Assembly: GCA_040290295.1 (NCBI GenBank)
Contig: PSMW01000012.1
Span: 37,519-101,518 of the forward strand
Direction of reading: 5' to 3'
DNA length: 64,000 bases
Source: Ignavibacteria bacterium
Lineage (GTDB): Bacteria; Bacteroidota; Ignavibacteria; UBA10030; UBA6906
The notes beneath the pieces are model-generated. The model did not search any database. It saw nothing but the letters and a program-made list of their open reading frames with translations, and was not told the DNA's origin. Positions 1-9,280 of the stretch are shown here, one piece after another (the stretch's first letter is position 1; the number at the start of each line of letters is the position of its first letter). Both the position numbers and the translations under genes were made by a program.

Positions 1-608
1 CCGTAGTCGCCGACATTCACACCCGTCAGCACGATCTCTTTGTACCCTTGCTGAACGAGAAGCCGTGCCTGCTCGACGCAGGCAGTAATCGGTTGGCTGC
101 GACTTGTGCCGCGTGCGAGCGGAATCGTGCAAAAGCTGCAACGGTAGTCGCACCCATCTTGGACTTTGAGAAAGGCTCGCGTCCGATCCGTAGCGTTGGT
201 AGAATAGGCAACGCCGAAGTCGTCCGCTGCTCCGATGTCCGAAACAAACACGCCCGGGCAGGATCGCTTCTCGAAGGACGGAACATGTTCGAAGAGTCGG
301 AACTTTTCCTTCGATCCCAACACGACGTCAACACCTTCAATCGAGGCGACTTCTTCGGGCTCGAGTTGTGCGTAACAGCCGGTGACAATGACGAACGGGT
401 TGGACGAGCGACGCAATGCGCGGCGGATGATTTGCCGACACTCTCGATCTGCACGTTCCGTGACACTGCACGTGTTGATGACGTACACGTCCGCAGGCTC
501 CTCGAAGTCCACCACGTCGAACCCGCGATCGGCAAACTGCTTGCCGAGCATAGACGACTCGGCATAGTTCAGCTTGCATCCGAGTGTATGAATGGCAACA
601 CGAGGCAT
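1..608 (-). CDS. mtaB: MiaB/MtaB-family radical-SAM tRNA methylthiotransferase (N-terminal part; gene runs off the left edge)
   Basis: ATG at 608-606. The reverse-frame translation is MPRVAIHTLGCKLNYAESSMLGKQFADRGFDVV...VINTCSVTERADRECRQ...KVQDGCDYRCSFCTIP. It shows the N-terminal UPF0004 Cys pattern plus a CxxxCxxC radical-SAM motif. It is absent from the ORF track because the frame is open to the window edge. MtaB versus MiaB is judged only from the TLGCKLN-type N-terminus. Confidence 0.75.
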   Translation of the reverse strand, partial: MPRVAIHTLGCKLNYAESSMLGKQFADRGFDVVDFEEPADVYVINTCSVTERADRECRQIIRRALRRSSNPFVIVTGCYAQLEPEEVASIEGVDVVLGSKEKFRLFEHVPSFEKRSCPGVFVSDIGAADDFGVAYSTNATDRTRAFLKVQDGCDYRCSFCTIPLARGTSRSQPITACVEQARLLVQQGYKEIVLTGVNVGDY

Positions 609-620
609 CTTTCGCTCGCT

Positions 621-655
621 AAAAAAACACCCACCCGACCGGAGCCGGGCAGGTG
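621..655 (-). terminator. Probable intrinsic terminator after rpsA
   Basis: On the minus strand there is a GC-rich imperfect hairpin (CACCTGCCC..GGTCGGGTG, one mismatch and one G-U) followed by a run of 7 T (plus-strand A7 at 621-627). It starts about 25 nt downstream of the rpsA stop. Confidence 0.45.
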
Positions 656-680
656 TTGGTGAATTTGTTGTAATGATGAT

Positions 681-2426
681 CTAATTCTCTGCCGGAATGG
701 ACGTATCCTCGCCCGACGCAATCCCGGTGATGGTCGCCGACTCACCGATGGTCGTCGCCGGCAGCTTATGCTTGGCCAGATATTCCTCCACCGCGTGTGC
801 CTCCTTCTCCTTGAGCGCTTCAACTGCAGACAGGACGATCTTCTTCGAGTCCTTTTCGAACTCGAGCACCTTCAGCGGAAGCACATCGCCGACTTTGAAC
901 TTGTCTGCAATGTTCTTGATCTGCACCGGCGCAAGATGGGAGACAGGCACGAAGCCATCCACACCGAGCGGAAGCTCGACGATGACGCCTTTCTCGATGA
1001 TGCGCACAATCTTTCCTTGCACTCCGGTACCCGCCTTGTACATCTCGCCGAAGCGATCCCAGGGATTTTCTTCGAGCTGCTTGTGGCCCAGCGAGATGCG
1101 GCGTTGTTCGACATCGACACCGAGAATGAGGACCTCGATCTCATCACCCTTCTTCACGACCTCGCCGGGATGACGAACCTTCTTCGTCCATGAAAGGTCG
1201 GAAATGTGGATCAACCCATCGACGCCTTGTTCAAGCTCGACGAAGACACCAAAGTTGGTCAAGTTGCGCACAATACCCTTGTGCCGCGATCCCACAGGAT
1301 ACTTTTGCATCAACGTCAGCCACGGATCCGGCTCAAGTTGTTTGATGCCGAGCGAGAGCTTCTTGTTCTCCTTGTCGAGCGAGAGGATGACGGCATCCAC
1401 CATTTGTCCCATCGAAACCACTTGCGATGGATGCTTGATGTGCTGCGTCCAGCTCATCTCGGAGATGTGGATGAGCCCTTCGATGCCCTTCTCGATCTCG
1501 ACGAAGGCACCGTAGTCGGCAAGCGAGACCACTTTGCCAACGACCTTCGTGCCGACGGGATACTTTTGCTCGATGTTTTCCCACGGATGGGGCTGAAGCT
1601 GTTTGTAGCCGAGCGAGATGCGTTTCTTTTCCCGATCGAAGTCGAGAACCACGACGTTGATCTTCTGGTCGAGCTTGACGACTTCGGAAGGATGATTGAT
1701 ACGACCCCACGACAGATCGGTGATGTGAACGAGCCCATCCACGCCGCCGAGGTCGACAAACACGCCGAAGTCGGTAATCGCTTTGACCGTACCTTCGAGA
1801 ATCTGTCCTTTTTCCAACGCAGCGATGATTGCCTGCCGTTGCCCCGACATTTCCTCTTCGACAAGCACCTTATGGCTGACCACAACGTTTTCGGAAGGAT
1901 GATTGATTTTCACGACACGAAAATCCAGCGTCTTGCCGATGAACGCATCGAAGTCGCGCACAGGTCGCACATCGATTTGCGAGCCGGGTAGGAATGCGTC
2001 GATCCCGAGCAGGTCCACGACAATGCCACCCTTGATGCGGCGAACGCAACGGCCTTGCAACACTTCGCCTGTCTCATACGCCTTGGTCACGCGCTCCCAC
2101 ACGCGCATGAAGTCGGCACGCTTGCGAGACAGGACGAGTTGGCCGTCCTTATCTTCAACGCTCTCAAGAAACACTTCGATCTCGTCGCCGACTTTCAGCT
2201 CGTCCTTGTTGGTAAACTCCGACAAGGGCACAACGCCCTCCGACTTGAACCCGATATCCACCGACACTTCGGTATCGGTGATGGCGACAATCCGCCCTTT
2301 GACAATCTCCCCTTCACTGATTGTGCCCAACGATTTCTCGTAGAGCTTCTTGAGATCGTTGTATTCGGCTTCGCCGTACTCACGATCGATTACAGAATCC
2401 AGAACGCCGGTTTTTGTGTCAGTCAT
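681..2426 (-). CDS. rpsA: 30S ribosomal protein S1
   Basis: 581 aa with six tandem S1 OB-fold repeats (recurring G.V....FG.FV.L..G..GL.H.S. pattern). An AGGAGGA Shine-Dalgarno lies just upstream of the ATG. Confidence 0.97.
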   Translation of the reverse strand: MTDTKTGVLDSVIDREYGEAEYNDLKKLYEKSLGTISEGEIVKGRIVAITDTEVSVDIGFKSEGVVPLSEFTNKDELKVGDEIEVFLESVEDKDGQLVLSRKRADFMRVWERVTKAYETGEVLQGRCVRRIKGGIVVDLLGIDAFLPGSQIDVRPVRDFDAFIGKTLDFRVVKINHPSENVVVSHKVLVEEEMSGQRQAIIAALEKGQILEGTVKAITDFGVFVDLGGVDGLVHITDLSWGRINHPSEVVKLDQKINVVVLDFDREKKRISLGYKQLQPHPWENIEQKYPVGTKVVGKVVSLADYGAFVEIEKGIEGLIHISEMSWTQHIKHPSQVVSMGQMVDAVILSLDKENKKLSLGIKQLEPDPWLTLMQKYPVGSRHKGIVRNLTNFGVFVELEQGVDGLIHISDLSWTKKVRHPGEVVKKGDEIEVLILGVDVEQRRISLGHKQLEENPWDRFGEMYKAGTGVQGKIVRIIEKGVIVELPLGVDGFVPVSHLAPVQIKNIADKFKVGDVLPLKVLEFEKDSKKIVLSAVEALKEKEAHAVEEYLAKHKLPATTIGESATITGIASGEDTSIPAEN

Positions 2427-2607
2427 TCATCCTCCTCTTGTTTGACATAACGTCCCGTTGCTGCCAGGACATCCTCGATGCACTGCGCTCGCTGCAACGT
2501 CATCAGATTGCAGGATGCAAAACACGAGGGAAGTTGTGTTGGTTGATTGATGTGTTGATTGTGTGATGACAACTTTTGTTGCACGCTTTTGCGCCGATGG
2601 CCGGCGC

Positions 2608-3510
2608 TTATGCCGGAACATGCTCGCGGTTGCCGACCAGTGCCTCGATGCCCGCTTTCACTTTCTCCATCAGCCACTGCGGCGTACTTGTCGCGCCGCT
2701 GATGCCGACGGTGGCGGCGCCTTCGAACCATTCGCGTTGTAGTTCGGGGACATCTTCGATGAAATACGTTCGAGGATTCGCTGCTCGACAGATGTCGTAG
2801 AGAACTTTCCCGTTGGAAGAGGTACGCCCCGCGACAAAAATCATCACGTCATTCTGCGCCGCGAACTCGCGCAGCTTCTTGTCGCGCCCCGATACTTGTC
2901 CGCAAATCGTATCCTTCGCATGAAACTCGATCGCGGATTCTTCGAAGGTTCCGACTTCAAATTCAGCCTGTATCCGTTCCTTCAACGCGCGCGCAATCTC
3001 GTAGAACGTTTCCTTGTCCATCGTCGTTTGCGAAAAGAGCACCGTGTTGCGTTTGGGATCGACTGATGCTGTTTCCTCCACCGAACGCACCACGATCGCC
3101 TCGCCGTTGGTGATGCCCACGAGGCCGATCACTTCCGCGTGATCGTTCTTTCCGAAGATCACGACTTGGTAACCCTTGTCGTAGAACTTCCGTATACGTT
3201 CTTGAACTTTGGTTACGACCGGGCACGTTGCGTCGATCAATTCGACCTGGTGTTTGCGAGCCAATGCATACGTCGAAGGCGGTTCGCCGTGCGCGCGTAT
3301 CAACACTCGTTTTCCACTCAGCCGTTCGAGGTCGGCGTGCGTGATCGTCTCCAAACCCCTTGCCTTCAGTCGTTCGATCTCCATTGGATTGTGAATGATG
3401 GGACCGAGCGAGTACAGCTCGGGCGATTCTTGCATCACTTCTTCGGCAATTTCGATGGTGCGCACCACACCCCAGCAGAAGCCGGAATTCTTGTCAATCG
3501 TTACTTTCAT
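2608..3510 (-). CDS. ispH: 4-hydroxy-3-methylbut-2-enyl diphosphate reductase
   Basis: 300 aa. The N-terminus MKVTIDKNSGFCWGVVRTIEIAE, plus IDATCPVVTKV and SSNG motifs, is typical of IspH/LytB. It overlaps the cmk stop by 4 nt. Confidence 0.93.
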   Translation of the reverse strand: MKVTIDKNSGFCWGVVRTIEIAEEVMQESPELYSLGPIIHNPMEIERLKARGLETITHADLERLSGKRVLIRAHGEPPSTYALARKHQVELIDATCPVVTKVQERIRKFYDKGYQVVIFGKNDHAEVIGLVGITNGEAIVVRSVEETASVDPKRNTVLFSQTTMDKETFYEIARALKERIQAEFEVGTFEESAIEFHAKDTICGQVSGRDKKLREFAAQNDVMIFVAGRTSSNGKVLYDICRAANPRTYFIEDVPELQREWFEGAATVGISGATSTPQWLMEKVKAGIEALVGNREHVPA

Positions 3511-4199
3511 GCGTTGTCTTGTTCAGCAAGTTTCTCTTGCGCCTTCCGAACCACGAACTCTACTTGCTCATCGATCGTCAAGTCGGACGTATCGAGGACG
3601 ATGGCGTCGTCGGCTTTGCGGAGCGGACTTTCGTCGCGGCTGTAATCTTTCTCATCGCGCTCACGAATTTCATTCATGAGTGTTTCGAGATCCGTCCTAA
3701 TGCCTTTCTCCAGCAGTTCCTGTTGTCGGCGTCGAGCACGTGCTTCGATGCTTGCGACCATAAAGATCTTCACGTCAGCGTCGGGAAACACGACCGTACC
3801 GAGATCGCGTCCTTCGAGCACCACTCCTCCGTCTTTTCCGAGGCGGCGTTGCTCGCGCACCATTGCTTGGCGCACGTCCCGAAGCGTGCTGACCGAACTC
3901 ACCGCTATCGTCACCTCCGGCGAACGGATCTGCTCGGTCACGTCCTCGCCGTCGAGCAACACTTTCAAAGAACCGTTTGCGGGCACCAATTCGATACGTG
4001 TCGTTTCTGCGATGGCACCGATCTTTTTGGAGTAGAAGCCATCCAGTCCACTGCGCAAAATCTTCAACGTCAATGCTCGGTACATCGCCCCCGTGTCGAT
4101 ATGCAGATAGCCCAACCGTTGCGCTACCAGTTTTGCGGTGGTGGACTTTCCCGAAGCTGCCGGTCCATCTATGGCGATGATTAACTTCTTTCTACTCAA
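3507..4199 (-). CDS. cmk: Cytidylate kinase
   Basis: 230 aa. IAIDGPAASGKSTTAKLVAQRLGYLHIDTGAMYRA is the classic Cmk P-loop N-terminus. The cmk-ispH-rpsA order is a widely conserved arrangement. Confidence 0.95.
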   Translation of the reverse strand: MSRKKLIIAIDGPAASGKSTTAKLVAQRLGYLHIDTGAMYRALTLKILRSGLDGFYSKKIGAIAETTRIELVPANGSLKVLLDGEDVTEQIRSPEVTIAVSSVSTLRDVRQAMVREQRRLGKDGGVVLEGRDLGTVVFPDADVKIFMVASIEARARRRQQELLEKGIRTDLETLMNEIRERDEKDYSRDESPLRKADDAIVLDTSDLTIDEQVEFVVRKAQEKLAEQDNA

Positions 4200-4284
4200 A
4201 TGAACTCGAAATCAGGAGGTTTCGGGGTTTCAATATAACCAAAACGCCGTCGGATGGCAACACGCCTCGGTTGGAGCAAAGCCT

Positions 4285-4878
4285 GTGAATGCCTACATTC
4301 TTCAGGGCATTCCAGCCGATCGTACATTCATGATGATGCGAAAACTCACGCACGAAGAAATCGCCGCTCAGCGTCTCTCTCGGGAAAAGCTCCACACCGC
4401 CGAACGATTTCCGATTTACGGCATGTTGGACAACATCCGGAGCCTGTACAACGTCGGGTCCATCTTCCGCACCTCGGACGGGGGACTGATCCGCAAGCTC
4501 CTCCTCTGCGGTTATACGCCTCACCCACCAAGAAAAGAAATAGAGAAAACTGCATTGGGCGCCACCGAGACCGTCCCGTGGCAGCATTTCAGGTCGATCC
4601 ATGAAGGAATTGCCGCGGTGCGTTCCGAAGGAGCGAAGCTTTGTGTTTTGGAACAGACCAACAGCAGCATCCCCTACTACGCCGTGCGTCCCGAAGACTT
4701 CCCCATCTGTCTGGTCGTGGGAAACGAGCTGACGGGCATCTCCTCTGAGGTGATTGCTTTAGCCGATATGGCGATCGAGATTCCGATGTTCGGAACAAAG
4801 CAGTCGCTCAATGCTGCCGTTGCGTACGGTATCGCTCTCTTCGAGTTGGTAAGGATTTGGACGCTGCGCACCACCTAG
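4285..4878 (+). CDS. SpoU/TrmH-family RNA 2'-O-methyltransferase
   Basis: The three SPOUT motifs are visible: LDNIRSLYNVGSIFRTSDG, VVGNELTGIS, and IEIPMFGTKQSLNAAVAYGIALFEL. The start is uncertain; internal ATGs (MMMRKL) about 15 codons in are possible. Confidence 0.85.
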   Translation: MNAYILQGIPADRTFMMMRKLTHEEIAAQRLSREKLHTAERFPIYGMLDNIRSLYNVGSIFRTSDGGLIRKLLLCGYTPHPPRKEIEKTALGATETVPWQHFRSIHEGIAAVRSEGAKLCVLEQTNSSIPYYAVRPEDFPICLVVGNELTGISSEVIALADMAIEIPMFGTKQSLNAAVAYGIALFELVRIWTLRTT

Positions 4879-4908
4879 CTCGAGAGCGTGCGATCTTCCG
4901 ACATGCGC

Positions 4909-5580
4909 TCAGGCCGAGAGAGGATGAGCGAGTGTGTAGTAATCGCGTTTTTCCATCGTGTGAATGCGTACAACGCCCGCCCGGACGAGCAAGACCAAGA
5001 TGCGCGACGCACGGCGCTCCGAAATATTCACCAATCGGGCAAACTCCGCTACCGTGATGCGTTCGTGTTCCTCTAAATAACGAAAGAGCCGCTTTTCGTT
5101 TTCACCGATCTCGATCTTGATGGGTTTGGCGTCGGGCCGTTCGCTCCGCAGAATCTTGACGACTTCCTTACTTGCCATCACGGTCTTATCGTTCACGCGA
5201 ATGTATACACGAGTATCCTCCCCGCCTTGAGCGTCGCCGTTCACGCTTCCATTGAACAAGTGGGGTTTGTCGTCGCTTTCGGGAACATACGCGACCACGA
5301 CGTCCGTCCCGTCGAACGGAACGATGTCGATGATCGGATGAATTGCAGGGATACAATATTCGCTGCCCGCTTGCTCGATCAGCTCCACTTCGCTTTTTTC
5401 GCTTTCGATGCCGACAATGGAGCCGTCATCATCAACGCCAAAGAGGATGTAGCCTCCTTTGGTGTTTGCCATTGCACTCAACGTCTTGGCGATCTTCTCT
5501 GGTGTGGAAACCTTCCGCTTGAATTCGACTTCGAAGCCTTCACCTTCTTCGATCAAATGCAATACGTCTTTGTATGTCAT
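4909..5580 (-). CDS. AlbA_2 (Schlafen-like 'divergent AAA') domain protein with C-terminal winged-HTH, putative transcriptional regulator
   Basis: 223 aa. The N-terminus EGEGFEVEFKRKVSTPEKIAKTLSAMANTKGGYILFGVDDDGSIVGIE matches the AlbA_2/putative DNA-binding domain pattern. The C-terminus (LFRYLEEHERITVAEFARLVNISERRASRILVLLVRAGVV) is wHTH-like. Its ATG overlaps the mtgA stop (ATGA). Confidence 0.7.
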   Translation of the reverse strand: MTYKDVLHLIEEGEGFEVEFKRKVSTPEKIAKTLSAMANTKGGYILFGVDDDGSIVGIESEKSEVELIEQAGSEYCIPAIHPIIDIVPFDGTDVVVAYVPESDDKPHLFNGSVNGDAQGGEDTRVYIRVNDKTVMASKEVVKILRSERPDAKPIKIEIGENEKRLFRYLEEHERITVAEFARLVNISERRASRILVLLVRAGVVRIHTMEKRDYYTLAHPLSA

Positions 5581-6503
5581 GGTGGTCCCCTATCAATGTC
5601 CGTTGAATCGCTTGCCACTGCATTGGACACTTCCCCGGTGTCTGCGGGCGATGGTGGAATCACGACTGGACTTGATTGGTTCTCCTTCGATTGTTCTTGT
5701 TGCGTGTCTTCTTCCTCCGGCTCCTCTGCGTCGAAGTACCTTCTGCCTTGCATGCGTTGAAGAACGACGTTTCTCCGGAACGCTACCCACCGTGTGTTGT
5801 CGGTCGGCCGGTGCTTGAGCGGACTGGGAATAACGACAGCAAGCCGAATCGCCTGTTCGAGCGTGACGGCACTTGCCGGACGATGGAAATATGTTTGCGC
5901 AGCCGCCTCGATGCCGAACACTCCTCTGCCCCACTCGATGATGTTCAGGTACAATTCGAGTATCCTTTCCTTGTCCAAGAACGCTTCGAGCAGCAGCGTG
6001 ATGATCCACTCCTTCAGCTTGCGTATCGGGTCCTTCGATGTGGAGAGATACAGATTCTTTGCAAGCTGCTGCGTGATGGTGCTTGCGCCGCGTACGGCTC
6101 GTTTTCTCTCCCAATTCTTCTTTAACGACTCTTTGAACTCATACCAATCGAACCCGCCATGTTCCCAAAACGTTCCGTCTTCGGCAACGACAACAGCGTT
6201 GACGACGTGGCGCGGAATCTTCGAGAGCGGAACCCAACGATGCCGCACGACGAAGTTCCTTCCCTCACGCTCCGCCTCTTCGCGTCGCTGGCGCATGAGT
6301 GCCGTCTCCGTCGGACTCTCGGTGCGAAGGCGCGGAACATCGAACCACGGGATGGTGAGCAGCTCAACCACAACGAACAGACCGAATACGATCAGCAGCG
6401 CCTTCAGCTTGTGGGCGATTGCCCACTGCACAACCCGCTGCACGTGCTGGAAGCTACTTCGATTGCCGCGAGCGTGTGGCTCCGTGTTGCGCGCTTCACT
6501 CAT
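5577..6503 (-). CDS. mtgA: Monofunctional biosynthetic peptidoglycan transglycosylase (GT51) with acidic low-complexity C-terminal tail
   Basis: One N-terminal TM helix, then the GT51 motifs EDGTFWEHGGFD and RGASTITQQLAKNLYLS. There is no transpeptidase domain. Confidence 0.88.
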   Translation of the reverse strand: MSEARNTEPHARGNRSSFQHVQRVVQWAIAHKLKALLIVFGLFVVVELLTIPWFDVPRLRTESPTETALMRQRREEAEREGRNFVVRHRWVPLSKIPRHVVNAVVVAEDGTFWEHGGFDWYEFKESLKKNWERKRAVRGASTITQQLAKNLYLSTSKDPIRKLKEWIITLLLEAFLDKERILELYLNIIEWGRGVFGIEAAAQTYFHRPASAVTLEQAIRLAVVIPSPLKHRPTDNTRWVAFRRNVVLQRMQGRRYFDAEEPEEEDTQQEQSKENQSSPVVIPPSPADTGEVSNAVASDSTDIDRGPP

Positions 6504-6948
6504 TCTGCGCGCCGGCTTCTGCCGACTCTTCTCTGAGATGGTCGAGATAGTCTTGCAGCATCAAACGCGCAGCCATCGTATCGACGCGAGCTTTCTGCCG
6601 GCGTTTCTTCTTTTTCATTCCCGTTTCAATGAACGTGTGTTGCGCCCGCACGGAAGTAAAGCTCTCGTCCCACGTCGCAACGGGCAGCGAGGTGTGACGT
6701 TTCAACCTCTCGATGAATCGTTCCACTTCGAGCGCTTTTTTTCCTTTGCCTCCATCCAGACTGTACGGCATGCCCACCACGATGTATGTAACTTCCTCAT
6801 GTGTGAGGATCGCCGACAACGCGTCGAACAACGCACCGTCGTTCGGGAGCGTCGCAACGCCGCGAGCGATAAGCCGCGTCGGGTCGCTTACGGCAACGCC
6901 GATGCGCTTCGTCCCATAATCCAAGGCCAGGATACGTCCCGCACTCAC
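6496..6948 (-). CDS. ruvX: Putative pre-16S rRNA nuclease / Holliday-junction-resolvase-like YqgF
   Basis: The conserved part starts at RILALDYGTKRIGVAVSD...IVVGMPYSLDG...ERFIERL...DESFTSV. I place the start at GTG 6948-6946, which overlaps the relA stop (GTGA). The 255-aa track ORF (to 7263) is an Arg-rich extension lying inside relA. Confidence 0.85.
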   Translation of the reverse strand: MSAGRILALDYGTKRIGVAVSDPTRLIARGVATLPNDGALFDALSAILTHEEVTYIVVGMPYSLDGGKGKKALEVERFIERLKRHTSLPVATWDESFTSVRAQHTFIETGMKKKKRRQKARVDTMAARLMLQDYLDHLREESAEAGAQNE

Positions 6949-9143
6949 TGCTCGAGCCGCTCCGCGCGAGTAATCCCTTTGATCTTGCGTATGCGATCTA
7001 ACAAGCGCTGCAAATGCTCGGTATCCTTCACGTTGATGACGAACAGACCTTCGAACATCGAATCTTTCGAATCCAAGTTGACGCTTCGGATGTTGGTGTT
7101 CTGGTATGTCGAGATCGCGTGTGTGATGTCGCTGAGCATACCGGTACGGTCCTCGCCGACGATGCGCACGGCGGCAACAAACATGGCGCTGCTCTCGGGG
7201 GGCCACTGAACGTCTACCAAGCGGTTCGGCTCCATTTGCAGCATAAGCTGGATATTTTTGCACGACCGACGATGAATCTTCACCCCCTCACCTTGCGTGA
7301 TGAACCCGACGACAGGATCCCCCGGGATCGGATTGCAGCATTTTGCATAGCTATGCAGATAGTTTTCCTGCGCACCGTTGAGCACGATGCCCGACGCGAT
7401 ACTGCGAGCTGTACTGATGAACTTGTCGAACAATCCTTCGATCTTCCCCTCGCTCGTGGTGACTGCTGGCGGGTGATGTTGCTCGTCCTGGATGAGCTTG
7501 ATGATATCGTCCGCGTTCACTTTCTGCTGGTAAAGGGCGAGGTAGAACTTTCCCAGATTCTCGATGCGTTGTCGCGTCAGGAATTGCTGCAAATCGTCTT
7601 CGTTGATGCTCAGCTTCGCCTTCTTGAGCTTCCGCTCCCACATCGCTTTCCCCTCTTCGATTGCTTTCCGTTGCTCCTCTCGTAACCACCGTCGGATGTG
7701 TGCCTTGGCTTTGTGCGAGACGGCGATTTTTTCCCAGTCCGGATTTGGCGTTTGGTTCTTGGACGTGATGATTTCGATCTGGTCGCCGCTTCGGAGTTGC
7801 GTATCGAGCGGAACAATGCGTCCGTTTACTTTTGCCGCGATGCAATGATCGCCCACCTTCGAGTGAATTTCGTACGCAAAGTCGATAGGGGTTGCACCTT
7901 TCGGGAGAATCTTCAAATCTCCCTTCGGCGTGAAGACGTAGATTTCGTCTTGGAAGAGACTGAGCTTGAAGCTTTCGATCAGTTGTGTGCTTTCGGTATC
8001 GTCTCCGGCATTCTCGATGATATCGCGAATCCAGTTCACCCAGTTGCGCAGCTTGTCGTCGATCCTTTGTGCATTCTCCTTGTACGCCCAATGCGCCGCG
8101 ACGCCGCGTTCGGCAATTTCGTGCATGGCTCTTGTGCGAATCTGCACCTCCACCAGTCGGCCCTCCGGTCCCCACACGGTAGTGTGGATGGATTTGTAGC
8201 CGTTCTGCTTGGGGAGCGAAATGTAATCCTTGAAGCGCTCGGAGTTCGCTTTGTAGATGTTGGAGATAATGCCCAGCACGTTGTAACAATCCTGGTCCTG
8301 ATCCGAATCGATGATGATGCGGACGGCGAAGAGATCGTAGATTTCGTCGAGCGGTTTGTTCCGCTTGACCATCTTGTTATAGATGCTGTAGATGTGCTTC
8401 GGACGTGCGCTACGTTCGTACTTGTAGCCTTCCGCGCGCAGGCGTTCTTCGATCGGTCGGGCAAACTCTTTGAGGTAGCGCTCTCGTTCCCGACGGCGTG
8501 CCTTCAGTTCACGGGCAATCGCGTCGTACTCTTCCCGCTGCAACGTCTTGAAGGCGAGGTCCTCCAACTCCCACTTGATGTTTGCCAACCCGAAGCGGTG
8601 AGCGAACGGGGCATAGACATCCAACGTTTCTCGTGCGATGCGCTTCTGCCGTTCGGGTGGCAGGAAGTCGATCGTCCGCATGTTGTGAAGGCGATCGGCA
8701 AACTTCACTAGCATGACGCGAATGTCGTTCACCATCGACAGCAGCATCTTGCGATAGCTTTCGACTTGCGATGTTTCGATGCTGGTGAGGTTCACACTGG
8801 AGATTTTTGTTGCGCCATCGACAATGTCGGCAATCGTATCGCCGAACTCTGCGCGGATATCCTTGATTTGATAATCGGTGTCTTCAACAACATCATGAAG
8901 CAAAGCGGCAGCAACGGAGATATCATCGAGGGGAATCTCTTTGGCGACAATTTTCGCCACTTCGTACGGATGGTCGAAGAACGGCTCGCCCGATGCCCGT
9001 TTGTCGAAGCGATGAGCGTTGAAACCGAATTCGAATGCGCGGCGGATCAGCGACTCATCCACCTTGTGCAGATGCTTGCGGCAGACGAGGAGAAGCTCAT
9101 CTAACTTTTCTTTGTACTTTCTGTTGGTCATACTCGTCTGCAC
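6945..9143 (-). CDS. relA: Bifunctional (p)ppGpp synthetase/hydrolase RelA/SpoT homologue
   Basis: 732 aa. It has an HD hydrolase (HDVVEDT), a RelA_SpoT synthetase block (YKSIHTTV), a TGS domain (IYVFTPKGDLKILPKGATPIDFAY) and a C-terminal ACT-like domain. Confidence 0.95.
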   Translation of the reverse strand: MQTSMTNRKYKEKLDELLLVCRKHLHKVDESLIRRAFEFGFNAHRFDKRASGEPFFDHPYEVAKIVAKEIPLDDISVAAALLHDVVEDTDYQIKDIRAEFGDTIADIVDGATKISSVNLTSIETSQVESYRKMLLSMVNDIRVMLVKFADRLHNMRTIDFLPPERQKRIARETLDVYAPFAHRFGLANIKWELEDLAFKTLQREEYDAIARELKARRRERERYLKEFARPIEERLRAEGYKYERSARPKHIYSIYNKMVKRNKPLDEIYDLFAVRIIIDSDQDQDCYNVLGIISNIYKANSERFKDYISLPKQNGYKSIHTTVWGPEGRLVEVQIRTRAMHEIAERGVAAHWAYKENAQRIDDKLRNWVNWIRDIIENAGDDTESTQLIESFKLSLFQDEIYVFTPKGDLKILPKGATPIDFAYEIHSKVGDHCIAAKVNGRIVPLDTQLRSGDQIEIITSKNQTPNPDWEKIAVSHKAKAHIRRWLREEQRKAIEEGKAMWERKLKKAKLSINEDDLQQFLTRQRIENLGKFYLALYQQKVNADDIIKLIQDEQHHPPAVTTSEGKIEGLFDKFISTARSIASGIVLNGAQENYLHSYAKCCNPIPGDPVVGFITQGEGVKIHRRSCKNIQLMLQMEPNRLVDVQWPPESSAMFVAAVRIVGEDRTGMLSDITHAISTYQNTNIRSVNLDSKDSMFEGLFVINVKDTEHLQRLLDRIRKIKGITRAERLEQ

Positions 9144-9280
9144 TCGCCCACGACGCGCGGGACGCCGTCGGAGTCGCGGTAGTCGTGTCTGCTCGTCAGG
9201 TGTCGCGTGGTGGCGTTGCGCTCTCCTTTCTCTAAAAAAATATAGGTGGTTGCCGAAGGAGAATCAAGCAGCGCCGTGTG

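Noticed and set aside
2591-2607. GC hairpin GCGCCG-ATGGC-CGGCGC immediately after the ispH stop, as a terminator
   Set aside because: On the transcribed (minus) strand it is followed by AAAAGCG, not a T-tract. rpsA downstream is probably co-transcribed or has its own promoter. There is not enough support to call a terminator.
5794-7209. 471-aa ORF on the plus strand
   Set aside because: It lies entirely antisense to mtgA, ruvX and the 3' end of relA, all of which have unambiguous family motifs. Its translation is Ser/Arg/Cys-rich with no motif. This is a typical shadow ORF of GC-rich coding DNA.
6949-7263. N-terminal 105 codons of the track's 255-aa ruvX ORF, and similar long N-terminal extensions of upp, argG, argR, argB, argC, sufC, iscS, hbd, bshA, the BNR lipoprotein, the response regulator at 58179 and others
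   Set aside because: The extensions run into the preceding gene or into promoter regions, are Arg-rich, and precede an internal ATG where the conserved family N-terminus begins. That internal ATG often has an RBS or an ATGA/GTGA overlap with the upstream stop. I used the shorter starts.
7698-8711. 337-aa plus-strand ORF and the 312-aa minus-strand alternative-frame ORF (7351-8289)
   Set aside because: Both overlap the relA/spoT coding region, whose own frame carries the HD, synthetase and TGS motifs. The alternative frames are Arg-rich with no motif.
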